The notes under the pieces are model-generated. The model did no database searches, had not been told where the DNA came from, and worked only from the letters and a program-made list of their open reading frames with translations. Positions 51,675 to 61,082 of a stretch of DNA of 64,000 nucleotides are shown piece by piece; positions within the stretch are counted from its first letter, which is position 1; each line of letters starts with the position of its first letter. This DNA comes from Nitrospirota bacterium. GTDB taxonomy: Bacteria > Nitrospirota > Nitrospiria > Nitrospirales > Nitrospiraceae. The DNA is taken from contig CAVPBK010000014.1 in the NCBI GenBank assembly GCA_963701855.1, forward strand, positions 53,719 to 117,718, given 5' to 3'. The translations under genes and the position numbers were made by a program.

Positions 51675-51956
51675 TTACCGCAGCCTGCACCATTCGGGCA
51701 ACTTCTTCACGCGAATAGATAGCACTAGAATCCTTGGATTTAGGCCCGTTTCCGCCATGTAGACTATCCGATAGCCGCCCTCGCGAATCCGATAGAGATG
51801 GTCCAGGCCCTCGAGTTTTGTGACTCCGGGGGGAGGAGGACTGGTGCGGAGTACATAGAGCCGCTTCACGAGAAGCGTTCGAAGTGGTTGGGCGAATGCA
51901 CAGAATTGCTGTTTAGCAGGAGGGGCCACGAAAACTGTGGAGATTGCTTGGCGCAT
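51675..51956 (-). CDS. RelE/ParE family toxin with aberrant C-terminus
   Basis: PPPGVTKLEG..LYRIREGGYRIVY; usual IGHR tail absent. Confidence 0.7.
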   Translation of the reverse strand: MRQAISTVFVAPPAKQQFCAFAQPLRTLLVKRLYVLRTSPPPPGVTKLEGLDHLYRIREGGYRIVYMAETGLNPRILVLSIRVKKLPEWCRLR

Positions 51957-52211
51957 TCAGAACTTCAATTCTTTCAAAATGACATCAAGCGCTTGGGCGC
52001 CGTTCTTGTTCGCCTGGGCCAAGGCCTCGCGGGCATCGACGAGATCGATACGGTTTTCAAGGGCCTCCAGGAGTCGCAGATCATCGATGGGCACTACCGC
52101 AGCGACTGCTCGGCCACGTCGGCGCAACAGCACACGTTCGTTGCCGAATGCCGCTCGGTTGATGGCATCGGCGAATCCTTCTCGCTCCTTATTCCCCGCT
52201 GGATTTCCCAT
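51957..52211 (-). CDS. Phd/YefM family antitoxin
   Basis: FADAINRA..ERV.L.RRGR.VAAVVP..D; directly upstream of the toxin. Confidence 0.8.
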   Translation of the reverse strand: MGNPAGNKEREGFADAINRAAFGNERVLLRRRGRAVAAVVPIDDLRLLEALENRIDLVDAREALAQANKNGAQALDVILKELKF

Positions 52212-52411
52212 GGGCGCCTCCAGAGACCGCGACCGGTCAGACAGACAGATCGTTTGACTGGTACATGCTGTACAGTGGGCAGGAGGCGAAGTCAATTGCC
52301 GAGCAAACTTCAGATGCCATATTCCATTTTTTTTGTAATTGCGGTATGAAGTAGGGCGACAATTAAGTCGCAGAGCGATATTACTCATCCACACAGTAGA
52401 GGAGACACTCA

Positions 52412-52510
52412 ATGGCTAAAGGTATGACACAGAAGAAATCGGAAAAGAAAAAACCAGCCAAGACGATGAAGGAAAAGCGCGCCGACAAGATTGCCAAGAA
52501 GAGAGGCTAA
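52412..52510 (+). CDS. small Lys-rich protein (32 aa), missing from the ORF track
   Basis: AGAGGAG RBS; MAKGMTQKKSEKKKPAKTMKEKRADKIAKKRG. Confidence 0.65.
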   Translation: MAKGMTQKKSEKKKPAKTMKEKRADKIAKKRG

Positions 52511-52645
52511 TACAGCCGTTGCTTCGGCCATTCCGACCGAAGTCAGATCCACCGTGCCCATCGCGTATGTCAGCAGCAAGCAGCACACGTGATGGGTGCG
52601 TGCTCGGGTCTTGACCCCTTCCGGCCCATGTATCCTACGCCCAGG

Positions 52646-52822
52646 CTACTTTTTCCGGTAGACGTTCAGTCCGACCTTCTCATCGCGGTTTGGAATGGTC
52701 ACGTTTCCTTCTGTTGAGGCAATGATGATCGTCTTCCCCGAAGCAGAGGGTCCGAACTCTTTGGACAAATCTACCTTGATCGTCAACGTTGTTCCTTCGA
52801 CGGTCATTTCCACGTTCTTCAT
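52646..52822 (-). CDS. small beta-rich hypothetical protein (58 aa), missing from the ORF track
   Basis: GAGG RBS; MKNVEMTVEG..DLSKEFGPSASGKTIIIASTEGN..VGLNVYRKK. Confidence 0.75.
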   Translation of the reverse strand: MKNVEMTVEGTTLTIKVDLSKEFGPSASGKTIIIASTEGNVTIPNRDEKVGLNVYRKK

Positions 52823-52937
52823 AATAGTGGCCTCTCAGTGAGGGACAGAGCATAAAGATGCCCTAATCCTACATAATGGTGCAATCTGTATCGCGAGCAG
52901 GGGAGGAAGTCAATCGACGGAAGTGCCTCCCGCAGTC

Positions 52938-53348
52938 CTAAAGCTTGGACTTCCACCCTCCAGCAAACACCGGGCGAAAGCCAGCGATGGTCAGGATGCG
53001 GGCGACTGTTTCGCGCTGGTCGCCCTGAATTTCGATCCGCCCTTCCTTCACTGTGCCCCCGGCGCCACAGGCCTTCTGCATTTCCTTGGCGAGCGTCTCT
53101 TTTTCGGCCTGCCCGATGTCAGTGAAACCTGTGACGACGGTCACGGTTTTACCACCACGATGTGCGGTCTGGCGAATGATATCCACCCGCCCACGGATTT
53201 TCATTGGTGCGATGGCTGGCACGTTGCACGGGGGGGTACCAGGCTGCATCTCTGGGGTCAGCGGCAGGGCTGTGTTTTTTAGTGCTGCGAAAGGGCTGGT
53301 CCAGATGATCGGTTCACCACTCGTGGGAATGCGTTTCTTTTCTTTCAT
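52938..53348 (-). CDS. translation initiation factor SUI1/YciH family
   Basis: RGGKTVTVV.G, CGAGGTVK, IEIQGD. Confidence 0.9.
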   Translation of the reverse strand: MKEKKRIPTSGEPIIWTSPFAALKNTALPLTPEMQPGTPPCNVPAIAPMKIRGRVDIIRQTAHRGGKTVTVVTGFTDIGQAEKETLAKEMQKACGAGGTVKEGRIEIQGDQRETVARILTIAGFRPVFAGGWKSKL

Positions 53349-53390
53349 CGCTTCACCCACCTACTGTAGGCCGAGTGTATCGTCCCTGCG

Positions 53391-53951
53391 TCATTGCCCA
53401 AACGGGGTTGATGCGGCTTTCAAAATCGTCAATGTCATATGCGCAGTGTTCGCTCCATCCGCCATCCAAATCTGCCCCTCTTGAATGGTGCATTGCAACT
53501 GCATGCTGGGGTGCGCGAGTGTGGTCAAGGCGTGGCTCCCATCCAGGGGCAGATTCATCACGATTAGATTATTCAACCTCTTGAGTACAGCCAGATTTTT
53601 CTCCCACCACTGGTCGGCGCCACGACCGCCGTAGGTATAAATGCAGACCTGTTTTGCACGACCGCAGGCCCTGCGGACGGTTTTGTCATCCGGCTGGCCC
53701 ACCTCAATCCAGAGGTCGATGGCACCCGTCAAATCCTTGAGCCAGATTGCGGGTTCCTCTTCGGCGCTTACCCCCCGGCCAAACGACAATGCCTCATGCG
53801 CATGCAGTGCAAAGGCCAGTAGGCGCACCATCATGCGCTCGTCGGTTTCAGACGGATGGCGCGCCAGAGTGAGCGTATGGTCCTGATAGTAGTGGCGGTC
53901 CATGTCGGCGATCTGTAGGGTTGCTTTGAAAATGGTGGCGTTCGAGGCCAT
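53391..53951 (-). CDS. yaeQ: YaeQ family protein
   Basis: ATIFKA.L.IADMDRHYY, ARHPSETDERMMVRLLAF, LWIEVGQPD. Confidence 0.93.
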   Translation of the reverse strand: MASNATIFKATLQIADMDRHYYQDHTLTLARHPSETDERMMVRLLAFALHAHEALSFGRGVSAEEEPAIWLKDLTGAIDLWIEVGQPDDKTVRRACGRAKQVCIYTYGGRGADQWWEKNLAVLKRLNNLIVMNLPLDGSHALTTLAHPSMQLQCTIQEGQIWMADGANTAHMTLTILKAASTPFGQ

Positions 53952-54009
53952 GGAGTCGTGACTCCTTGATTCCGGAAAGATTCATGTGGATAGAGCAGGC
54001 AGCTGTTGC

Positions 54010-54231
54010 TCACATGTCTTTATACGCGATGTACCATCCTTCGACCCGTTCACGCGCCCAGGGCGTTTTACGGAGAAACGTGAGGCTTGATTTGACGCTG
54101 GGATCGTGGAGAAAGCAGCGGATTGGGACGCGGCGGCCCATCTCGGCCCAGCCATACCGCTCGACAAGCTCCTTGATAATGGTCTCTAGCGTGACCCCAT
54201 GCAACGGATCGCGAGGATGGGAAATGCTCAT
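54010..54231 (-). CDS. VF530/DUF2132 family nucleic-acid-binding protein
   Basis: [31 protein letters not shown]. Confidence 0.88.
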   Translation of the reverse strand: MSISHPRDPLHGVTLETIIKELVERYGWAEMGRRVPIRCFLHDPSVKSSLTFLRKTPWARERVEGWYIAYKDM

Positions 54232-54437
54232 GAACGTATCGCAAATGATATGGGGCTGAAAATCGAAGATGAAAGCCACATAGTGTATAGCATATCGCAC
54301 GAACGAGGAGCCACTGGTCTGCGCTTTTAGCCAGAGCGAGAATTGCGAGATGTGATAAGAACGGGCTCCACCTTCTCTCGCCCCACTCGCTCATCCCACA
54401 GGATTCGTAGAATCTTCGGTGGCAAACCAACGGATGA

Positions 54438-54767
54438 CTATGTCTTACGTTTGAGAAAATCCGCAAGATGGGCAAAGGGCGTGAAGGTCGAAGGTCGATC
54501 TTGCTCTCGGCTCGGTGTGGCCTCACCAGATGTGTCAGCCATCTGATCACGCTGGTGCTCATTGTCGTGACAATAGAGACAGAGCAATTCCCAGTTGCTC
54601 CCGTCGGACGGATTATTATCGTGGTTGTGGTCCTTGTGATGGACAGTGAGCTGGCTCAGTTTCTTGCCGTCAAACTCTCGTCCGCAGTGCGCACAGATCC
54701 ACGGAAACATCTTGAGCGCGTGTTCCCGATAGGTCTGTTGCAGCTGAAACTGGGTGCGCCGTGCCAT
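54438..54767 (-). CDS. yajD: YajD family HNH nuclease
   Basis: YRE.ALK.FPW.C..CGREF..LTVHHKDHNHDNNP.DGSNWELLCLYCHDNEH. Confidence 0.9.
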   Translation of the reverse strand: MARRTQFQLQQTYREHALKMFPWICAHCGREFDGKKLSQLTVHHKDHNHDNNPSDGSNWELLCLYCHDNEHQRDQMADTSGEATPSREQDRPSTFTPFAHLADFLKRKT

Positions 54768-54891
54768 GCGAGCCTCAGAATGGAATGCAACTCAATACTG
54801 ATAGATTCTACCGCAAGTCGTAGGTTAACGCTCCTCACGCGCGGTTCGGAGGCCAGAGATTTGATATGCCGTCCTGGATGCGGACCCGCGA

Positions 54892-55194
54892 TTAAATGAG
54901 TTGTGTGCAGGGCCAACAGAATACTCGGATGGTTGGTTTGACCCATCCTGCGTGCTCCGCCTCCGTACGCCAGGCCTTGATAGCGTCGGCGACCTTGTCC
55001 CGTTGAGCTGGTTCGAGTGAGGTCAGAATCACGCTGTTCTCTCCTGCATAGAACGAACCCCCCTCCGTCGATCCCGACTGTCCTGTCCCAACCGTTTCGG
55101 GAAATTCGGTGTAGGCCTTGACCCCACATGTCCGCAACAATTCGTGCACGCGTTCTTTCAGTACGGAACGAAATGCGATCATCAACATGTCCAT
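54892..55194 (-). CDS. P-II-like (GlnB superfamily) protein
   Basis: GVKAYT....G.G..G pattern, ~100 aa; GAGG RBS. Confidence 0.65.
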   Translation of the reverse strand: MDMLMIAFRSVLKERVHELLRTCGVKAYTEFPETVGTGQSGSTEGGSFYAGENSVILTSLEPAQRDKVADAIKAWRTEAEHAGWVKPTIRVFCWPCTQLI

Positions 55195-55689
55195 GGATCA
55201 CCTCGAAAAATGTCAGCGATCAATATAGCAGGTTCCCGATTGACCTTGAAAGGTGTGGATGAGAGCCACCAGGGAGAAGGGGGAAATCTGGAGAAACTGA
55301 TGGAAGGGTTGAATCGCCGTTTTCCCAGTGTTGATACAGCGGTGTTCAGTTTTTGTAAGAGGCGAGAGTTGTGACTTCGTGCGTCGGTGCCACCGCACAA
55401 TCACCGCGAGTCATGCCATCCCGATGTCTCCGATGATGGTCATGAGCCGCTGCTCCCACGTCACGCGGGTAAACTCGAACAGGATGGCGTCAATCCAGCT
55501 CATGGCAGCCTCGCAGAGAAGCCTATTCTAGAGCGGGCGGAGTAATCCGTAAGGCGGAGCGTGGGAACATGCCGGATTGCGCGTGGGCACAGCAGCGGCG
55601 GGAACGGGACGCGACAGGGCGGATGGGTTGCCGGCAACTCACCGTCATGTTGAGGGCGGTGGATTTCGATCGGGATTGTGTGAGCGGGA

Positions 55690-55926
55690 TCAATTCGCGG
55701 TGTCAAATGGCGCGGATGGACTTGTCGAAGTGACATGGTGATCGGGGATTAAGTAGGACGTGGGTTGGATGAGTGTGCGGACAACCCGTGCGCCGCACGC
55801 ATTGCATGTATAGCGTTCCCTAGAACGGCTCAGGTGCCGTCCTTTCATTGTCAGGTACCGCCCTTTCAGTGTGAGGGCCTGATGGGTACAGGCTGGCTGC
55901 TTAAACTTGAAGTGTATTCTCATCAC
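55690..55926 (-). CDS. small hypothetical protein with possible zinc ribbon
   Basis: GGAG RBS; CTH..YTCNACG. Confidence 0.4.
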   Translation of the reverse strand: MMRIHFKFKQPACTHQALTLKGRYLTMKGRHLSRSRERYTCNACGARVVRTLIQPTSYLIPDHHVTSTSPSAPFDTAN

Positions 55927-56027
55927 GTCTCTCCGTGTCTCGGGATCAGCATATCAGGTCAATTAGTTCCTCTGTGGCGAGTGCGACCTCACAACTCTCT
56001 CCGTGGAAAACAGTGAATCTCCCAAGT

Positions 56028-56103
56028 TGGTGCGCCCGGAGGGACTTGAACCCCCAACCCCCAGATCCGTAGTCTGGTGCTCTATCCATTGAGCTACGGG
56101 CGC
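56028..56103 (-). tRNA. tRNA-Arg (ACG)
   Basis: 76-nt cloverleaf GCGCCCG..CCAGA-CTACGGA-TCTGG..TTCAAGT..CGGGCGCACCA with encoded CCA. Confidence 0.97.
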
Positions 56104-57229
56104 GCGGTCTGATTTATTGCGGACTTGCGAGTTTCGCTCTTTTCGACTTGGTGGGCTAGTGTTAGATAGGTGTTAAAACGGTGCGCTGCATCCTTCAAGT
56201 CGCCTTCGAGGAAACTGTTGTAACGTTTAAATACCTCCAGCGTCTTGTGTCCCGTGATCCGCATAATTGTCAGATGGTCAATCCCAGCCCGCCGCATGTT
56301 CGTGACAGCGGTATGTCTAAAGTCATGAAATCGAAATCCCTGAAGCATCGCGCGACGGCACGCGGCCTTAAATGCGGTCTTGATGGAGTGAACGGATTTC
56401 CCGTTGACCAAGAAGACGTGTGGCTCTTGCAGGTAGTGAACCTTATACAGGTCTTTAAGCAAAGTGGTCAAGTCAGCGGTCAATGGCACAAGACGAGCAT
56501 CATCCGTCTTGGTGTCCTCGGCTTTGAGGCGAACCAATCCCGCCTTAAGATCCACTCGGTTCCAGGTCAGGTTTAAGATTTCTCCACTCCGCATCCCAGT
56601 CTGGTAGGCCATCAAATTTATGGCTTGCAGGTGAAGGGCGGAATGAGACTGTAGTTGCTCAAATTCTTCGGGTGAGAGTACGCGATCACGCGCGTTATTC
56701 TCCTTCTCGAACTTCACTAAACCAACGGGATTTTTCTCCAGGTAGCCATCGCGGATGGCAAAATTAAATAGATGCTTGAGCAAAGCAAGGTCACGATTGA
56801 TAGTCGCGATTTTGATCGTCGTACCCAGCAAGCCTTTTTCCATTTTCCGAGTTGCCCGGTATTCTTCGATCATGCCTGGTGTGATCGTTGTGAGTAGTTT
56901 GCCTCCAAAGACGGGGAGTAGCTTGCTTTGATAGCCTGCTTCTTCCACGTATAGACGGCCTGTTTCTTAATCTCTGGTGCAGTTAAGTAGCGTTCAGTGA
57001 GAGCATCGAAACTCATTGGGCCCTGAACATGCTCGCTTTTAATCGTTCCTTTCATTAATTCCGTTTTGATGAGCGCCTCTTGCTGCTTGGCTATGGTTCG
57101 GTTTGTGCTGCTGACTTTCCAGCGCTTAAGCTTCGCACCTGGCACGCCTCGCGCGAGGAGCAGAGTTTTCCCATCATCCAGCACAGAAAACTCCACATAG
57201 TAACTATCCTTCCGCTTAGTTAGTCCCAT
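56094..57229 (-). pseudogene. phage-type tyrosine integrase split by a frameshift near 56930; stop codon lies inside the tRNA
   Basis: N-terminal arm-binding ORF 56870..57229 overlaps the catalytic ORF (TGMRSGE, TKT, FHDFRH, TGHKT, RY) in another frame. Confidence 0.85.
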
Positions 57230-57233
57230 TGGA

Positions 57234-57440
57234 CTACCTACCTTTCTGTCGCTTTTGTGCGACCAACTGGTTAAGTGTGATGCCTAACGCCTTGCACAGC
57301 TTCAGGAGCGTTGAGAGCTGAGGGTCAAGTTGCCCAGCTTCAAGCCTCGCCAGCGATACAAAATGTACGCCAGACAGCTCACCTAGCTTCCGCAGACTCA
57401 ACCCCCGACGCTCTCTCCATTCTCCTATCCGTGTCTTCAC
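57234..57440 (-). CDS. XRE-family HTH regulator
   Basis: RERRGLSLRKLG..SGV....ARLE.G..DP.LSTL. Confidence 0.88.
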   Translation of the reverse strand: MKTRIGEWRERRGLSLRKLGELSGVHFVSLARLEAGQLDPQLSTLLKLCKALGITLNQLVAQKRQKGR

Positions 57441-57477
57441 GTTAAAACGAATGTTAGCTTATACACTAACTGTATTG

Positions 57478-57669
57478 TCAACCATTTTTTGTTGGCATCG
57501 GCATAACGGTATGTTGTTTGATCCAAGCCTGAAGCATGGCCTCATCAAACTTGACCAATCTCCCCACCTTGATGAACGGAACTCTCCTTTCTGAGACCAT
57601 CGTGTAAACCGTATGGGGTGATAGCCCTGTATACGCCGCCGCCTCCCTAACCGATATGAGCTGCTGCAT
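57478..57669 (-). CDS. excisionase-like HTH_17 protein
   Basis: LISVREAAAY.GLS..TVY......P..KVGRLVKF. Confidence 0.88.
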   Translation of the reverse strand: MQQLISVREAAAYTGLSPHTVYTMVSERRVPFIKVGRLVKFDEAMLQAWIKQHTVMPMPTKNG

Positions 57670-57847
57670 AGGACACTGCTCCTTCCTTTTCGATTTGTAT
57701 TAATTCATCTGCCTTCGGTCGTTTTCCCATCCGGTATGGCCAGAGCGCACAGGTGATAATCCGACACTCACGGATTTCCTTCGGTTGGTGACAGGTACAA
57801 TCCATACATTTAGCCCTCATGGCCTTGATTGGTGTTAGCTGCTTCAT
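57647..57847 (-). CDS. phage-type Cys-rich hypothetical protein
   Basis: AGAGGAGG RBS; KAMRAKCMDC..EIREC....C.LWPYRMG. Confidence 0.75.
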   Translation of the reverse strand: MKQLTPIKAMRAKCMDCTCHQPKEIRECRIITCALWPYRMGKRPKADELIQIEKEGAVSYAAAHIG

Positions 57848-58215
57848 ATACCTCCTCTAGAAACGAGAAACCCCAGGGCTAGCTCACGATTTCTCAGGAA
57901 ATCGCGTGAAGGCTAGTCAACCCTAGGGTCTCGGTTACTAAATGTTATTTTCTTGAGCTTGCCTTGTAGTGATCTACCTCACTTTGCTTTCGATTTATCG
58001 ATTAACTTCCCTATGCTATGTCCCCCCTTCGGGGGGAGGAAGAGAAGAGAGCCTCGTGCTCGCTCGCAATGCGAGCTCGCACTTCGGCTAACGAGTCGAC
58101 GCATGACATTTCACTTCAAAAACCTCAAATTTCCACCATTTCACCCTATGTCGGTAGGGGTGGCGAAAAACGTCACCACCGCCATACATATAGAGATGGC
58201 ACTTAATTTGGTACC

Positions 58216-59259
58216 TTATGCCGCCGCAGGTTCAACCGCTGGTTGTGGTCGGAACGCTTCCGCCAACCGCCACCCCTGGCCTGGAACTTTGGCAAGCCTT
58301 CCCTGCTTCTTGAGCTCAGTCCTAGCACGGCTATACGTTCTGGCTGATATACCTTGTCCCACAACATAGGCTTCAAGAGGTGCGGGCTTTGCGGTGTAAT
58401 CTGGTTGACCACTTAGAAACTCCACAATGAAACTCACGGCTCGGTCCATCTGGCCAGCCACAGCTTTTTCACCATCCACAAGACCATCAAACCGCATTTC
58501 TATCGCTTGCGTGTGTGGCTGATCCACCAGCACTACATTGAAGTTCTGATACTCTTCTGCATTCCGTGATTTGACACATTCCACCACGGTCAGTCCCTTG
58601 GTCACCTTGGTGATGGCCATGGCAGTATCAGTCCCGGCGATGATGTCCGTTGATCCACTTGCACGATACTGCGCGTCATTGACCCCCCTATGCACAAGCT
58701 TCCGCATATGGTGTGAGATAATGATCGTCTTCCCAGCTTTTCTCAGTGGCTCTAGATTGCGCCAGAAGGCAGCTACATCCTCAGCATCATTCTCACTCCC
58801 GTTCATCACTCGGCGAAGGGTCTCCACGATAATCACTTCGGGGTCGAACCCACTTGCAGCCAGACCGTCAAGGAGTGTTTGGGCACCCTTCTCATCAAAC
58901 CTCACGCCATGTAGCGATAGCAGCCTCAAGGATAGGTGCTCTGCTCCCAGGTTAGCTCCATCACCAATTCGCTTGATCCGCCTCCGCAACACGTGAATAC
59001 TCATCTCCTCATCGATATACAGCACCGTCTTAGCTACAGGGATATTGAACTGCCCTAGCCATTGCCTACCTGCAGCAATGTGTACAGCAAGATGCAGCAG
59101 GAGCCATGACTTCATGGCGCCCGGCTCGCCATACAGCACCACACGGTCTTGATTGGCGATCAGGTTAGTGACCAACCAGTCAATCGGTGGGAGATCCTGC
59201 GTCATCACATCCTGAAATGACACGAGTGGAAGACCAACTTGCTTCTGCATAGAACACAC
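58216..59259 (-). CDS. RepA-like SF4 helicase (AAA_25) with C-terminal winged helix
   Basis: PIDWLV, GEPGAMKS Walker A, LYIDEE, IIVETL, GSEND, HHMRK, RASGS. Confidence 0.85.
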   Translation of the reverse strand: MCSMQKQVGLPLVSFQDVMTQDLPPIDWLVTNLIANQDRVVLYGEPGAMKSWLLLHLAVHIAAGRQWLGQFNIPVAKTVLYIDEEMSIHVLRRRIKRIGDGANLGAEHLSLRLLSLHGVRFDEKGAQTLLDGLAASGFDPEVIIVETLRRVMNGSENDAEDVAAFWRNLEPLRKAGKTIIISHHMRKLVHRGVNDAQYRASGSTDIIAGTDTAMAITKVTKGLTVVECVKSRNAEEYQNFNVVLVDQPHTQAIEMRFDGLVDGEKAVAGQMDRAVSFIVEFLSGQPDYTAKPAPLEAYVVGQGISARTYSRARTELKKQGRLAKVPGQGWRLAEAFRPQPAVEPAAA

Positions 59260-59882
59260 CTTTCTCCTACGGTCATACCGTAGTAATTGTGCTAGATACA
59301 GTAAGTACCCAGCCGTAAATGAAATAGAACTGTTAAAGTAGCGACGTATCCGTGCGTACAGACGGATACACGCCTCTAAATAAAAAGAGGGGGTAGGGAT
59401 AGGAATGAGACGGCTACTGTTATGTATAGGTATATGGATAGGTGTAAGTAGTAGGTCTACAGCTACCTATATGTACCCTATATCTACTACTAGGATATGT
59501 CTGGGCATGGGGGGACTGTGCAGGAAGGCTACGACTGGGCACACGAAAAAGGGGCGAAAAAGATCAAACCCCATGAATTAAAGATAGCTAGGCTCATTCC
59601 AAAGTCAAGGCCCTTCACCCTCAAAACATCAAAAATACCCTAAATATTATTTTAAGAATTTCGGCAAAAAGACTATGAAGACCATGCCGCCAAACACCAA
59701 TTTTCTTAGGGATAATGCCCTTTGTCACGCCAAGGCCTCGCCTGGCGGAATCTTTGGCCTATCCACATCCCTGTAGCTTGACACCTCCCCCACTGACGGC
59801 CTAGCCTTCCCCCATGTGAAGGAGTTGGGCGAAGTCCTGGAGAAGAATCAAATGCCTTATGATGTGAGAGGAGGTCTGAATC

Positions 59883-60149
59883 ATGGCACGAATCGAGCCT
59901 CAGAAACCAGACCAGACGTTCAATCGGAACCGTGAGTTTCAAAGAGAGGTATTGGCATATCTAAAGGAACATGGTCCCCAACCGTATGATGTCCTCTATG
60001 TTCATTTCGACCCCAACCGTACTGCGGAAGTACAGGCTGTCTTACAAGAATTGATTCAATGGAAATTCATTGAGAGGGGGCCGGATTCGTACATGACGGT
60101 TTCGATTACCGCTTCCGGCATCGCCCGGCTTGGAATCAAAGACATCTGA
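59883..60149 (+). CDS. hypothetical winged-helix-like protein
   Basis: AGGAGG RBS; VLAYLKEHGP..L.EL....FIE..ITASG. Confidence 0.65.
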   Translation: MARIEPQKPDQTFNRNREFQREVLAYLKEHGPQPYDVLYVHFDPNRTAEVQAVLQELIQWKFIERGPDSYMTVSITASGIARLGIKDI

Positions 60150-60201
60150 AAATGCCTACCGTTTGACACGAATATCCGCTGGAAGCAAAGGGCTGGACAG
60201 A

Positions 60202-60495
60202 ATGAGCAACGAAAACAAAGCCCACATCGAAGCGAACCTGGAAGTTATTCGAGAATACCTGGAAACCCAATTCAAAGGGTTTGAAACTACCGAAAAGCGA
60301 GATGTTCCACTCTCATACACGTTTACCGTGACGAAATCGTCAGACGAACGATACCAAGTAAAGGTTTCGTGGCTACAGCTTTCAGATCAAAGCAACACCC
60401 CTGAATGGACTAAGCAGCGCCTTGTCATAGGCGATGTAGCTGGTAGGATGAAAGGCAAGTCTCAGGGGGAGTATTTCTCGTGGGGAAAGCGATAA
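60202..60495 (+). CDS. hypothetical protein; homologous to 7211..7516
   Basis: ANLEVIREYLETQF motif. Confidence 0.65.
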   Translation: MSNENKAHIEANLEVIREYLETQFKGFETTEKRDVPLSYTFTVTKSSDERYQVKVSWLQLSDQSNTPEWTKQRLVIGDVAGRMKGKSQGEYFSWGKR

Positions 60496-61082
60496 GACAC
60501 TCCGAAGGGAACAGTCCGAGTCATCCCCCAGTTCAGCTTCCCTCTGGTCTCTTGTGATGAATCGCTCGGAACTGCAATACAAGATCCTCGTGTGGAAGAT
60601 TGTCGCCAAAGATTCGAAATAGAAGATCGAAGGTGTCAATTTCATCTGGGACCAAGACTTCAACAGGGAATTTGTAACCGTTACCAGCAATTTCCACAGG
60701 CTGCAAGGTGAGAGCTTTGGCTTGATAGTGGTGATGATTTGGCTTCGTTTGATACACTTCTGATCGTGTGTCAACTCTTACATCTAGTGGACTAACATCT
60801 ACCGAATAAAATGGGTTCAAGACGGCCCTATTTCCGACGTTAAAAACCACAAAAGTTAATATGGTCGTTCTGCTGGGTTCAAGAATTATGGGCAGTCACA
60901 AGTGTCCGGTTAAGGGTTGAACAAAATCAATTGGTTGGCGTCTACTGGCGGTTTGGTTCGAGGGTCATCGAGCTGCAGGGCGCCTGAAAGCGGGGTTTTC
61001 TCGAAAACTGAGACCGCAATAGAAGTGGCCCCATTCGTTTGAACAGTCGCCCGAGGTTTTTAAGTGGAGTCTCTGCTGCTAC

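Larger units (their letters stand above)
56094..61019. mobile_element. integrated satellite-like element (int, XRE, Xis, RepA-like helicase, cargo); far boundary not visible
   Basis: Gene set and order, tRNA adjacency, visibly AT-richer sequence. Confidence 0.7.

Noticed and set aside
51745..51758. CCGTTTCCGCCA resembling a tRNA-Ser 3' end at the relE breakpoint
   Set aside because: Too short, no T-loop sequence, and no partner copy in the window
55213..55736. Small minus-strand ORFs, including one with an internal TGA after MSWIDAILFEF
   Set aside because: No recognisable family; cannot tell pseudogene from noise
56920..56950. Programmed -1 frameshift in the integrase
   Set aside because: No X XXY YYZ heptamer or in-frame A AAG motif, and no clear stimulatory hairpin
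60533..60850. AT-rich minus-strand ORF next to the IS end
   Set aside because: No RBS or motif; possibly a truncated gene fragment but unsupported
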